From IMG/VR virus record IMGVR_UViG_3300045988_174050: a stretch of DNA of 41,862 nucleotides; one strand, written 5' to 3'. The position numbers were made by a program, and so were the translations under genes. This document shows positions 14,993 to 23,922 of this stretch, in pieces. Positions within the stretch are counted from its first letter, which is position 1. Each line of letters starts with the position of its first letter. The notes under the pieces are model-generated. The model did not search any database and was not told the DNA's origin. It saw nothing but the letters and a program-made list of their open reading frames with translations. The stretch is from a virus.

Positions 14993-15293
14993 TTTCCACC
15001 TCCAGCGCCTTGCGTGCTTTGCTGATCCAGCGGCCCGCGTCGCCCGGCACGTTCCACGGGCCGCCCGGCTTTCCGTACATGGAAACCGCCTCTTCCAGTG
15101 CTTCCCGAAGAAGCTTGTTTTCGTCGACGCCTTTGAGCGCCTTGCGAACCATCCTTGCTGCCGTTTCGGCCTCGTCCCTTGAGAGGTAATAGTTGCCGGC
15201 CTCTTTGTAAACAGAATCAACAAGAGCTCCCTTGATGGCGCTAAATACATTCCCCAAATCGTCAATGTAAAAAAAACGTTCCTCCATCCTCAC
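14985..15293 (-). CDS. Hypothetical protein with a C-terminal GPWNV motif, a partial paralogue of the downstream Ead/Ea22-like gene
   Basis: 102-aa ORF ending ...GKPGGPWNVPGDAGRW.... It overlaps the next gene by 8 nt. Confidence 0.45.
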   Translation of the reverse strand: MRMEERFFYIDDLGNVFSAIKGALVDSVYKEAGNYYLSRDEAETAARMVRKALKGVDENKLLREALEEAVSMYGKPGGPWNVPGDAGRWISKARKALEVENE

Positions 15294-15925
15294 TTCCTCA
15301 AACTCTCCCCTTTAACTGTTACAACGGCGAACATCTCGCGCATCCGGTCGAACACGCGAAATCCGTATCGCTCTCTGATCTGCTGATCTGTCAGGTTGCT
15401 GGTGACAACCGTGCGCACGTGGTCGCGGTGGAAACTCAAATCGTACCGTTTTTCCAGCAGCTCCGCAAGCGGGTTTGCGCGCTGGCCGTACTGCATGAAA
15501 TCCTCGTTTTCAGTGCCGAGATCATCGATCACCAGCGCTTTCCCACGTCCGAAGAAATCCGCCGCGCGGCAGTAGTCCTCCCATGCCTGATAATCAGGCT
15601 GTGCCCGGTAAAATCCCTCGACATCTCGAGCGGTTACGAATTTCCAGCCGAATTTAGCCGCCAAAAGCTCTAACCCGAACGTTTTCCCGATCCCGACGTC
15701 TCCCCGGAGGAACAGCCCCCGGTTGCCTCCGCCGTCCAGCACCGACGCGCCGAACCGGCAGAGCGTGTCGAACAATTTCCGGTTTAACGGCAGATATCCG
15801 CAACTCTCGAGAAACTCTCCGATCTCCCGGCAGGATTCCTCGCTGCATCGCGTTTCCTGTTCTGCCTGTCGCGAATGATTGCGCACAATCTCCGCAACAG
15901 CATCAGAAACATTCGTTAATGTCAT
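15290..15925 (-). CDS. DnaC/IstB-like helicase loader ATPase
   Basis: Walker A motif GDVGIGKTF and Walker B motif ALVIDDLG. The start at MTLTNV is preceded by the RBS GGAGGAGG. Confidence 0.75.
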   Translation of the reverse strand: MTLTNVSDAVAEIVRNHSRQAEQETRCSEESCREIGEFLESCGYLPLNRKLFDTLCRFGASVLDGGGNRGLFLRGDVGIGKTFGLELLAAKFGWKFVTARDVEGFYRAQPDYQAWEDYCRAADFFGRGKALVIDDLGTENEDFMQYGQRANPLAELLEKRYDLSFHRDHVRTVVTSNLTDQQIRERYGFRVFDRMREMFAVVTVKGESLRK

Positions 15926-16748
15926 CGTCTCTATCCTCCTCCGTGAACACCGGCGGGGTTGCCCGGTCAGGTCTACGCGGCCTTGTTGTCTGATCGTTCT
16001 GATCCCACATCTCCGGCGATTCATTGTACCTCCCGGCTTCAAACCAGCTTTTGCAGTTCGCAATAAATTTGCGTTTCTGCGGCGGCCATTTTGACACTGA
16101 TTCAGCGTATTTCCGCACGGAATCGCGGATCAGTTCGAGCGCTGAATCAACCGAACCGCCCGGCTTGTCCGCTTCTCGCTGGACAGCGTCAACAATCGCC
16201 CGGCAATCATCCTGAATGTTGCCGACGCGGGGAAATGTTGACCGGATTTGTTCAGACTCCTGCCACACGTCTTCACGCGCGCGCGCGGTTTCTCTCTCTC
16301 TTTCTTCTTCTACTTCTACTTCTTCTTCTAGCCGCATTCTGCCGCATTCTGCCGCATTCTGCGGCAGATTGCAGCAATCCGCCGCACTTTGCTGCATTTT
16401 GCTGCAACTTGCCGACAAATTACCGTTTTCATCAGGGAACTTCGCCTTTTTTGTTCTCAGTCGTTGACCAAATTTCCTGATCTCAATGAAGGGCTTGCCG
16501 CTCACCTTATCGGTGTAGACACGGAGCAAACCGGCTGTCTCGCACTCGGCGATCCAACGGGAAATGTCGGCGTCTCGCAAGCCGTCCTTGAGGGGAAATA
16601 ACAAGGACCGCAACAATTTAGGGTTTCCGTGATAACGTCCGAAATCATCGGCTTTCATGATTAGGCGAACGAACAGGCACTCGGCAGACCAGCTCAACTG
16701 GTCAACCGCCTCTGAATCCGTCCAATCTCGCAACAAACGTTCAGGCAT
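15903..16748 (-). CDS. Replication initiation / replisome organiser protein, with an origin embedded in the gene
   Basis: 281-aa ORF directly upstream of the DnaC-like loader. It contains internal iterons and an acidic linker (EEEVEVEEERERE). Confidence 0.55.
   Translation of the reverse strand: MPERLLRDWTDSEAVDQLSWSAECLFVRLIMKADDFGRYHGNPKLLRSLLFPLKDGLRDADISRWIAECETAGLLRVYTDKVSGKPFIEIRKFGQRLRTKKAKFPDENGNLSASCSKMQQSAADCCNLPQNAAECGRMRLEEEVEVEEERERETARAREDVWQESEQIRSTFPRVGNIQDDCRAIVDAVQREADKPGGSVDSALELIRDSVRKYAESVSKWPPQKRKFIANCKSWFEAGRYNESPEMWDQNDQTTRPRRPDRATPPVFTEEDRDDDINECF
16293..16410. repeat. Iteron array (candidate ori): gccgcattct x3, then degenerate copies gcggcagatt, gcagcaatcc, gccgcacttt, gctgcatttt and gctgcaactt, preceded by a polypyrimidine tract
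   Basis: Directly visible 10-bp periodic repeats inside the replication gene. Confidence 0.65.
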
Positions 16749-16750
16749 GA

Positions 16751-17123
16751 TTACGCCTCTACATAACAGGCCATTTGCGCGGCTTCTTCGATCGATTCTG
16801 GCGCGCTTGTGGCAATTCCGGCTTCACGCGCAAAACTTCTGTAGTGCTTGATCTCTTTTTGCAATTCCTCCTTGCATCTTCTGTACAGATATTTCCGAAA
16901 CTCATCGTCCGCGACGATCTTATCCGGAATCCCGCGAACCGAGAAAACCTTGTCCCCTGATTTGTAGTACACTTCTTTTACTTCGTAGTGTGCTACAGGG
17001 CGAGAATTCAGGAAACCGACACAAACCGCCTTTACCACGCACGATGAATCTTCCTTGATGTGTTCCGCCGTAGCAAGCACATGATTGTAAAGCTCGTTTG
17101 TCATCCGAATTTTCAAAACCATT
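16751..17123 (-). CDS. Hypothetical protein (start at MVLKIRM)
   Basis: GGAGG RBS. About 124 aa. Confidence 0.4.
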
Positions 17124-17186
17124 TCAACCTCCAAAAGCCGCCGTTTTTGCGGAGAACGGCGAAACTCCACCCTGTGGAGGGGAGGG

Positions 17187-18179
17187 TTAAATCAACGTAT
17201 CAGACGAAACCGCCCATCCCGAAGCGGCATTCACCAGATCCGGCATCCGATTCGTCACGCTTTCAAGCGTTTTTGACGGGTAGTGATCGATGTCGTCGAT
17301 CGAAATCGCCGTCGGGATCAGGTTTTTCGCCTTGAGATATTTTTCAACGTCTGAAACCGAAATCGGAGCGCCGGCGCGGTCGATCTCCGCTTGAATTTTA
17401 GCGGAAAGTTTTTCCGTTTTTTCCTCCACAACTTCCACCGCATCCACAACCGGTTCTTTCTCTTTCATGAGCTTGCTTTTCAGCTTCCCGGTCGCGGTCG
17501 TTTCCTTTTTCGGCTTCACCTCTTCCGGAGTGACGTTCACCGGCTCTTCCTGTTCAAGCTCGTCGACCGAGTAAACGCCGAGGATCGCGCCCGGCTTGTA
17601 AAGGCGCGCCCAGCGTTTGACCGCGAGATAGGCAAGCTGCTGTTTCGGATCGCTTGCCCAGAGCGTAGAGTTTCTGACGGTCGCCTGACACAGCAGAAGG
17701 GAAAGCTCGCGCGGCTCCGTTTCTCCCTTAAGCGTCGCGGAAACCGTAACGCCGCATCCGGTTTCATCTTCCGGCTTCCATCCGGGCGTCTGATAACGCG
17801 TTCCGTTCTTCCCCTCGCACCATTTGAACTTGCCGACGACGTTTTCCCACGGCCCGAACCAGTCGTAACGGAATGCTCCTTTAATGTGATTTGCGACAAC
17901 TGCGTTTACAAGCTGGGCTTCATAGCCAAGCGTTCCATTGACAAGATGTGTTTTCTGAGCAACTGCAAACGGCTCCAACCCCCACAGCATCGCTTGCATG
18001 ACAATCGCAAAGCAATCGCCCTTGTTTCCGGCAAGGTGACGCGGGATAGTGCAATTCCCCGAAGCCATCCTATCGGCATATTGGTCAATTGCCGCGAACC
18101 GTTCAGGGACAAAAACCATGTCGTTCAGCTGCACATCGGCAACAGCGTTTGTTTCCTGTTTCACAATCGAATTTTCCAT
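17187..18179 (-). CDS. recT: RecT-family single-strand annealing protein
   Basis: Contains ...CTIPRHLAGNKGDCFAIVMQAMLWGLEPFAVAQKTHLVNGTLGYEAQL..., which is RecT-like. It is paired with the YqaJ exonuclease. The start is MENSIVK, with RBS GGAGGG. Confidence 0.7.
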   Translation of the reverse strand: MENSIVKQETNAVADVQLNDMVFVPERFAAIDQYADRMASGNCTIPRHLAGNKGDCFAIVMQAMLWGLEPFAVAQKTHLVNGTLGYEAQLVNAVVANHIKGAFRYDWFGPWENVVGKFKWCEGKNGTRYQTPGWKPEDETGCGVTVSATLKGETEPRELSLLLCQATVRNSTLWASDPKQQLAYLAVKRWARLYKPGAILGVYSVDELEQEEPVNVTPEEVKPKKETTATGKLKSKLMKEKEPVVDAVEVVEEKTEKLSAKIQAEIDRAGAPISVSDVEKYLKAKNLIPTAISIDDIDHYPSKTLESVTNRMPDLVNAASGWAVSSDTLI

Positions 18180-18199
18180 TTTAATACCCTCCACTTTTG

Positions 18200-19135
18200 T
18201 TACTTCACCAGAAACGGGCGAGCGCCCGGCTTCACGTCAATTCTTGTGTGCTTCGCGATGATCTCCGCCGGAACTCCGGCTTCTTCCACGATCGCTTCCC
18301 AGTCGATCACCGTTTTTTGCGAATCCTTGTTTTGCTTCCACGTCGCAAGTTTCACTCCTTCACGGGAAAAAAGCGTCTCGTTTTCTCCGATGAAAATTTT
18401 GACTTGCGCGGAAAGTTCGGCTTCGAGAGTTTCGGCCTCTTTTTTCGCGGCTTTCAGCTCTTTAATTTTTTGAACCAGAGTTTCGATCTCCGGCGTTGCG
18501 GTGATCGTTGATCCGGCAACCCAGTTGAAAGCATTTGAAAGATCGTCCGAAGCGGTCAACGGAGGCGGGACGTCCTTTACAACGTAGTTGTTCCAAAACT
18601 CAACGCAACGCTCGGCGCAATACTCTGCAAGCTCAACGTCATACGGGATTTCATAGTCCCGGTACTCGTTCCCTCCGATCAGCACCGCGAGATATCCCTC
18701 ATGCCAGCCGGTAACGTGCATGTAGTGCTGAACTTGCGTCAAATAATATTCCGGCACTTCGTCGCTTGCGGAATCTCCCCAGAGATGCCGGGTGAACTTG
18801 TCAGCCGTTTTGCACTCGAGAACTCCGCCGCCGACGATGTAACGGTCGATGTTTGCGACAAGCTCCGGGTGATCCGTTGAGCGGATCATCTGATTGCGCT
18901 TCTGCACCTTGACGCCGTGCCGGGCGGCAAACTCATCCGCAACGACCTGTTCAAGCACGTTGCCGAAGTGCAAAATCTCGCTGTTTTTGTCAGACTTCTT
19001 GCGCCCGGTCTTTTCCTCCCAGACCTGATACGGCGTCCTCCATTTTGAAAGCCCGAGAATCGCCGCAACGTCAGAGCCGCCGATCCCTGTCATTCGATCC
19101 TGCAAAAACTCATCTCTGGTACGAATCATCGTCAT
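18200..19135 (-). CDS. YqaJ-like viral recombinase exonuclease (lambda Exo family, PD-(D/E)XK)
   Basis: N-terminus ...RMTGIGGSDVAAILGLSKWRTPYQVWEEKTG..., the hallmark of the YqaJ domain. Confidence 0.85.
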   Translation of the reverse strand: MTMIRTRDEFLQDRMTGIGGSDVAAILGLSKWRTPYQVWEEKTGRKKSDKNSEILHFGNVLEQVVADEFAARHGVKVQKRNQMIRSTDHPELVANIDRYIVGGGVLECKTADKFTRHLWGDSASDEVPEYYLTQVQHYMHVTGWHEGYLAVLIGGNEYRDYEIPYDVELAEYCAERCVEFWNNYVVKDVPPPLTASDDLSNAFNWVAGSTITATPEIETLVQKIKELKAAKKEAETLEAELSAQVKIFIGENETLFSREGVKLATWKQNKDSQKTVIDWEAIVEEAGVPAEIIAKHTRIDVKPGARPFLVK

Positions 19136-19258
19136 CCTCCATCACATCAAAATCTTCGTAATCTCCCTCTTCCTGCTCTTCCAGTTCGCTTTCATCTCTG
19201 ATATCGTAGTCAGGAGGAGCTAAAAAAACATGGTCATAAAACCATCCTTGATCTCGCA

Positions 19259-19410
19259 TCAAATGATCCATACTGCCACCCCGGTTGCAACTCCAGCCAA
19301 AAATATTACAGCAGAAAAAATGATAGAGTGTTCAATTTGCTCAAATTTACGCATTTTTTCGTTCTGGAGATCGATGTATCGTTCAGAACCCATTAAATTG
19401 TGATTACGCA
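19259..19410 (-). CDS. Small membrane peptide, about 50 aa
   Basis: MRNHNLMGSERYIDLQNEKMRKFEQIEHSIIFSAVIFLAGVATGVAVWII, with one predicted TM helix. Confidence 0.25.
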
Positions 19411-19625
19411 TTGATCACCCTCCATGCGTTTACGTATTCCCAAAAACCGAGTTCGTATTCAGGCCATTTGTCCTCGAAATTGTCCCTGAAAATCGAAAAG
19501 TCCACGGTTTTCCATTTTTTGATGTGTTCCTCGCCGTAAGCGACCTCCCGCTTAGCAAGTTCTCGCCCCTGTTCTCTCGGAGTTTTTTCCGTTGAAATAA
19601 TTGCAAAAGCGCGTTCTCGTGTCAT
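19404..19625 (-). CDS. Hypothetical small protein (start at MTRERAF)
   Basis: RBS GGGAGG. Confidence 0.35.
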   Translation of the reverse strand: MTRERAFAIISTEKTPREQGRELAKREVAYGEEHIKKWKTVDFSIFRDNFEDKWPEYELGFWEYVNAWRVINA

Positions 19626-19644
19626 AGATATGCGCCTCCCTGGA

Positions 19645-19854
19645 TTACGCTTCGAGCGTCGCTGCAAGCTCGCGCAAGGCGGCTTTCATCGACTCGCATT
19701 CCGCGAGACGGTAATTCTGATGCTGTTTCTTCCCGGCGCGGGCGATACTCTCCGCGTCGCGGATGATCTGCCGCAAACGCGCGGCGATACTCGTTGAGGT
19801 GGGGTAGACCGGGTGCGCTTCGAAGCACCGGCCCTGATACTGGACGTAAGTCAT
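19645..19854 (-). CDS. Hypothetical small protein, 69 aa
   Basis: RBS AAGGAGG. Confidence 0.4.
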   Translation of the reverse strand: MTYVQYQGRCFEAHPVYPTSTSIAARLRQIIRDAESIARAGKKQHQNYRLAECESMKAALRELAATLEA

Positions 19855-20284
19855 TTTCTGCCTCCTTTTGCTGAGGTCTTTCAGTTACCTTTCCCGCGCT
19901 TTCCAAGGCACGAAAAAGGGGCGACCGGGTTGGAAACGTGGCAAAAGACACGCCCTGATTACTCAGGCCCAATCGCCCCAAAAGGCAATTTGCAATGTTT
20001 TTTTCAGAGGAATCGCAACCAGTGACGGCGGCGGCCTCCGCTTTTGCGCGGGTTTCCAAGCCCGTTACGCATAATATACCGCAAGCGGGCGGAAAATTCA
20101 ACGCCGAAACCGAAAAATTTTCAGTTTTTTTGACCATTTTTTGTGTTCCTCTTGAACTCAAACACTGCCGAATTGCTTCCGACAACCACCCCGATCCCGA
20201 CACCCGCCGCAAACGCGGAGACCGCAATCACCGCAATCATTTCCCCGCCTCCAAAACAAAAAAGAGAGCTGACGATCTGTTCCA

Positions 20285-21202
20285 TTACTCACCTTTCAGC
20301 GCCTTTTTGACACGTTCGAGTGCGGCTTCGGCTTCATCACGGGTGCGGAAGAAGTTGCCGAGTTCCCGTCTTACCTCATCCATGTAATCGTTGTCATAGT
20401 CATATTCATTGATACAACCCGCCGAATCAATACATAAATATTTGTCGCCATTCTGCGGCCACGGCTTTTCATATCCCCTGCCGTTGGTCTCGTTGTATTC
20501 GTTGACAGCTTCCATTATTTCGATGAATTTTACGTAATCACATTTATATTCTTCGCAATCGGGGGTAATATAATCAAATAGCAGTTCAGTAGAAATAACG
20601 CCAGATTTTGCGTAACATGATGAAGCCAACAGAATTTCAACTCCATTTTTTGCCTTAAAGTTTGATCCATCTTTGCAAAAATCAAAATACCTGTGACTCC
20701 ATTCCGCAACGCGAAAAATAACCTGTCCACGTTCATGTTTCACTACTGCAAGCTCTAAATGCCTATTCATGCGAACTTTTTCCAAATCAAGTTTTGAATA
20801 GTCGATCATCTCTTCTCCCGTCTCTTTCTTCTCTTCGACCGGATACCAGTGAAATTCTTCTTTTGTTGCTTCTCCGAACGCTTCCTCGTCAATCTCAGAA
20901 CAAGCCATATACCCATACCGGTAGCAACCACATCCCCGGTTTTCTAGCTTTTTCAGCTCATAAAGAACGCCATCAGACGCTCGAAACAGCATACCATCTT
21001 CCTGCTCTGTTACACGGATAAAATGAGCGTTCTTTTTGTCTGATCGTTCTTTCTCGTGGCATATTAACGTCTCACACAGCTGATTGACTGCCTCGCAATT
21101 AAGACAATACACGCCTTCGCCCGGGTCAGTCCGCACGCATTGAAACGTCTCACCGTTGCGCCTGAAAATCTCACCGACCCTGTATTCTTTTTTACTGCTC
21201 AT
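20285..21202 (-). CDS. Hypothetical protein, about 305 aa, with a Cys-rich N-domain and a C-terminal ...RTRDEAEAALERVKKALKG motif
   Basis: Start at MSSKKEYR with RBS GGAGGTGG. The C-terminal motif resembles SRDEAETAARMVRKALKG in the 14985-15293 protein. Confidence 0.45.
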   Translation of the reverse strand: MSSKKEYRVGEIFRRNGETFQCVRTDPGEGVYCLNCEAVNQLCETLICHEKERSDKKNAHFIRVTEQEDGMLFRASDGVLYELKKLENRGCGCYRYGYMACSEIDEEAFGEATKEEFHWYPVEEKKETGEEMIDYSKLDLEKVRMNRHLELAVVKHERGQVIFRVAEWSHRYFDFCKDGSNFKAKNGVEILLASSCYAKSGVISTELLFDYITPDCEEYKCDYVKFIEIMEAVNEYNETNGRGYEKPWPQNGDKYLCIDSAGCINEYDYDNDYMDEVRRELGNFFRTRDEAEAALERVKKALKGE

Positions 21203-21250
21203 TTCCCCACCTCCAACCACTCCGGCGGCTCTCCGTCAACAAATTCAAGC

Positions 21251-21730
21251 TTAGCCATTTTGCGCCTCGATTTTTCCGCATTCATCCACCCGATGAAACT
21301 GGTTTGCCAAATTTACGACCTCCGGAATTTCAAACAGTTTTTTAACCTCCGGATCATCCACCGACTGACCAGCACGCAACGTGTGGTAAAGGAGCTGACA
21401 GAAAATGCACTTGTCAATTTTCACATCCAGCGACCCGCACCAGAGCGGCCAGCAAGAAAAATCAATATTTGCCCCACAAAGGTTTGATTTTCGCAAATCA
21501 GCACCAAACAAATCAGCACATTTCAAGTTTACATTTCGCAAATCAGCACCAAACAAATCAGCATAAAATAAATTTACCTTTGACAAATCATCCGATTTGA
21601 GGTCTTTTGCACACAGACTAATTAATCGAAGGTCAACGCCATTTTCAGCAGCTTTCCTTAATGCATCTCCAGTTGTATCAGCGTCGATCACAATAGGAGT
21701 TTTACCATCTCTAAATCTGATTTCAACCAT
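21251..21730 (-). CDS. Pentapeptide-repeat protein
   Basis: Tandem A(D/N)L(F/R)xA(D/N)L repeats (ADLFGADLRNVNLKCADLFGADLRKSNLCGANID). The DNA also shows 27-bp direct repeats at 21493-21564. Confidence 0.65.
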   Translation of the reverse strand: MVEIRFRDGKTPIVIDADTTGDALRKAAENGVDLRLISLCAKDLKSDDLSKVNLFYADLFGADLRNVNLKCADLFGADLRKSNLCGANIDFSCWPLWCGSLDVKIDKCIFCQLLYHTLRAGQSVDDPEVKKLFEIPEVVNLANQFHRVDECGKIEAQNG

Positions 21731-21751
21731 TTTCCCCTCCGCCTTGTTCTG

Positions 21752-22375
21752 TTACGCGTTATTCTCGATCCTCAGCTCGTGGATAATCTCCCGGAGCGGG
21801 AGAATCAGCTGAATGAACCGGGCGGATTGCGGAGCATGTTCCCGCTTCGAGCTCCGGCAATACGTCGGGATCACGATGTCTTTCGGAAGCCCGGTCGTTT
21901 CGCTGATTGCGCCATAATCAAGACCGCTTGCCAGAGCGATCCTCTGAAGATTGCGCCGGTATTCGTCGCGCTCCGACTCCGCCTTTATCCGGCGCTCCAT
22001 CTCCGTGCAGAGCGTTGCCATCAATACTTCAGGAGTCGGAAGCTCGGCAACGGTTGATTCTTTGATCGTCCGTTCCATTGCGTTGAATGCTTCGATGTAG
22101 GAAACTTTGAACTGCATCGCCCTCGCACCGGTGAATCCCATGGCGAGAAGCATGAAACCGTCGCGGGTGACAAAGTACATCGGGCGCGGCTTCCCTTGAG
22201 CGTCGGTGTATTCCGCCGGCTCAAAATTTAGCCCGCTAAATTCTTCCGGGCACTCCAATTCCCGGATTGCCTTCAGAACGTTTTTGTGCGGTTTCCCGAA
22301 CACCTCTGCGATTTTCAGACTGGTGGTGACGGCTTTCCCATCCTTGAGTTCGACAGCGTTTACAAGTTCGTTCAT
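21752..22375 (-). CDS. Rha-family phage regulatory protein
   Basis: N-terminus ...LKIAEVFGKPHKNVLKAIREL... matches the Phage_pRha domain. Confidence 0.75.
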   Translation of the reverse strand: MNELVNAVELKDGKAVTTSLKIAEVFGKPHKNVLKAIRELECPEEFSGLNFEPAEYTDAQGKPRPMYFVTRDGFMLLAMGFTGARAMQFKVSYIEAFNAMERTIKESTVAELPTPEVLMATLCTEMERRIKAESERDEYRRNLQRIALASGLDYGAISETTGLPKDIVIPTYCRSSKREHAPQSARFIQLILPLREIIHELRIENNA

Positions 22376-22383
22376 GTGATCAC

Positions 22384-22560
22384 CTATTGAGCTATCGTTT
22401 TTCTATCGCTTTTTGTAGCTACATCGAAAATTTTTTTACCGTACTCAGTGACCGCATCATCGATTACCTGAGCCATTTTGTCGTTTGTAATCCGAGCAAT
22501 TACCCTCACCTTCTCGCGAGTTTTGCTCATGACGGCAATATTAATGTAGTTGTTCGGCAT
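22384..22560 (-). CDS. Small ribbon-helix-helix-like DNA-binding protein, a Cro-analogue by position
   Basis: MPNNYINIAVMSKTREKVRVIARITNDKMAQVIDDAVTEYGKK, a beta-alpha-alpha pattern. It is the first gene of the leftward operon, divergent from the repressor. RBS AAGGGG. Confidence 0.4.
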   Translation of the reverse strand: MPNNYINIAVMSKTREKVRVIARITNDKMAQVIDDAVTEYGKKIFDVATKSDRKTIAQ

Positions 22561-22599
22561 ATAAACCCCTTTCTGTTCTTTTATCAATATACTATCGTG

Positions 22600-22655
22600 T
22601 TTTGTAGATTTCAAATAGAGCTATCAAAAAAGTTTGAAAATTATTTGAAAGGCGA
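22600..22655. promoter_or_regulatory. Divergent early-promoter/operator region with inverted half-sites ATTTCAAATA ... TATTTGAAA
   Basis: gatttcaaatagagctatcaaaaaagtttgaaaattatttgaaagg, lying between the Cro-like gene and the cI-like gene. Confidence 0.35.
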
Positions 22656-22682
22656 TACTTTAATAGAGATGGAGGTGGAAGC

Positions 22683-23060
22683 ATGAGAAAACAACTGCAA
22701 AAAGAGTTTGTAGAGGCTCTGCGAATAGCTGTTGACGAATGCGGCAGCCAGTCGGAGTTATCGCGGCGTTCCGGCGTCGGGCAGGCGACAATAAATTCCA
22801 TTTTGAATGACAAAAATAAGCGCGAGGTATTGGACTCAATCATGGAAAAGCTTTATCCGTTTGTCAAAGATCATCTTGCGGAAAGCGTCAGAATCAACAT
22901 TTATGGAGGCACCGCCGCCGGGATCGTTCACGGCAACATGACCACTATTTCCAACCAAACGGAATCCGGCATCCCGGCAGACGTGTTTACGCTGATTATG
23001 AACAGCAACATGACTGCGACAGAAAAGGGCGAGTGTATCCGGGCGATCCTCAAAAAATGA
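22683..23060 (+). CDS. CI-like repressor (XRE-family HTH)
   Basis: HTH ...SQSELSRRSGVGQATINSILN... with RBS GGAGGTGG. It is divergent from the early operon. Confidence 0.65.
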   Translation: MRKQLQKEFVEALRIAVDECGSQSELSRRSGVGQATINSILNDKNKREVLDSIMEKLYPFVKDHLAESVRINIYGGTAAGIVHGNMTTISNQTESGIPADVFTLIMNSNMTATEKGECIRAILKK

Positions 23061-23455
23061 ACGATCAAAACCGCGACAATCTGAAAGTTTCCAACTCCGG
23101 AACATCGTTCGGCGTTACGAACGGCGATGTAACGAACGACAACCGGACAATGAACGGAAACAACATCGTTTCCGGAAATCAGGTGAACAACGCTCTCCCG
23201 GAGCGCTGGACGGTCGCGGTCATTTGCGTGACTGCAATAATTGCACTGTTGATTCTGCTGTGCGCGTTTGCGTTCTGGTGCGGCTCGTGCCGGGCAGAAA
23301 CAGCGCCGGTGACGGTAACAAATGAGATTCAGATAGGTCCGCGCGGCGGGGTTTATTACGTTGACGAAACGGGGAAACGGCATTATGTTGATCGTGAGCG
23401 TGGAATGGAGATTTATCGCGAACAACAACAATCACAGGAGGAAGAAAACGAATGA
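23057..23455 (+). CDS. Membrane protein (one TM helix, WTVAVICVTAIIALLILLCAFAFWCGSC) in the lysogeny module
   Basis: ATGA overlap with the cI stop. It has an Asn-rich N-terminus. Confidence 0.45.
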   Translation: MNDQNRDNLKVSNSGTSFGVTNGDVTNDNRTMNGNNIVSGNQVNNALPERWTVAVICVTAIIALLILLCAFAFWCGSCRAETAPVTVTNEIQIGPRGGVYYVDETGKRHYVDRERGMEIYREQQQSQEEENE

Positions 23456-23922
23456 AAGCCGCTTTGGTCGCCGTTTTTGCCTTTTTTATGCATATTTTCG
23501 TTTTAACTGCTGCGGAAACTGTGGTTGTCACATCGGTTCATGACGGGGATTCATTCAGGACAGGAGAACAATCGTTCAGGCTGTGGGGGATCGACGCTCC
23601 GGAGCTTGATCAGCGGTGGGGGACTGCGGCGCGGGAGGCGCTTCGGGAGCTGTTGACCGGACCGGACGCGGTAATGATTGAGCGGCACGGGACATCGTGG
23701 AAACGGATCGTCGTGCGGGTGGAATCATGCGGCAGGGACGTTTCGCTTGAACTGCTGAAAATGGGGCTTGCATGGTATCTGCCGGAGTTTGCGCCGAGGC
23801 GCAATGACTATCGGGAAGCGGAACAGGAAGCGCGGGAAGCACGGCGCGGGCTGTGGTCGGACGAAAACCCGGTCAGTCCGGCGGAGTGGAGAAAAACGGG
23901 AAATAACGTTATTTCCCGATAA
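23452..23922 (+). CDS. Secreted staphylococcal-nuclease-like (SNase / thermonuclease) protein
   Basis: Signal peptide MKAALVAVFAFFMHIFVLTAA. The motifs ...VHDGDSF...RLWGIDAPE... are the SNase hallmark. Confidence 0.8.
   Translation: MKAALVAVFAFFMHIFVLTAAETVVVTSVHDGDSFRTGEQSFRLWGIDAPELDQRWGTAAREALRELLTGPDAVMIERHGTSWKRIVVRVESCGRDVSLELLKMGLAWYLPEFAPRRNDYREAEQEAREARRGLWSDENPVSPAEWRKTGNNVISR

Noticed and set aside
14687-15265. Long 192-aa form of the ORF
   Set aside because: The N-terminal 91 residues are Arg/Lys-rich read-through overlapping the 14985-15293 gene in another frame. The internal start at 14992 has a perfect GGAGGTGG RBS and begins the conserved GPW motif.
17391-18473. 360-aa plus-strand ORF
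   Set aside because: Antisense to the RecT and YqaJ genes, which carry strong family motifs on the minus strand.
19622-20227. 201-aa minus-strand ORF
   Set aside because: It overlaps the better-supported small genes at 19645-19854 and beyond in another frame. It is Arg-rich and has no RBS.
21480-21590. Direct DNA repeats (aaatcagcaccaaacaaatcagca x2), a possible regulatory array
   Set aside because: They lie inside the pentapeptide-repeat ORF and simply encode the repeated ADLFGADLR units.
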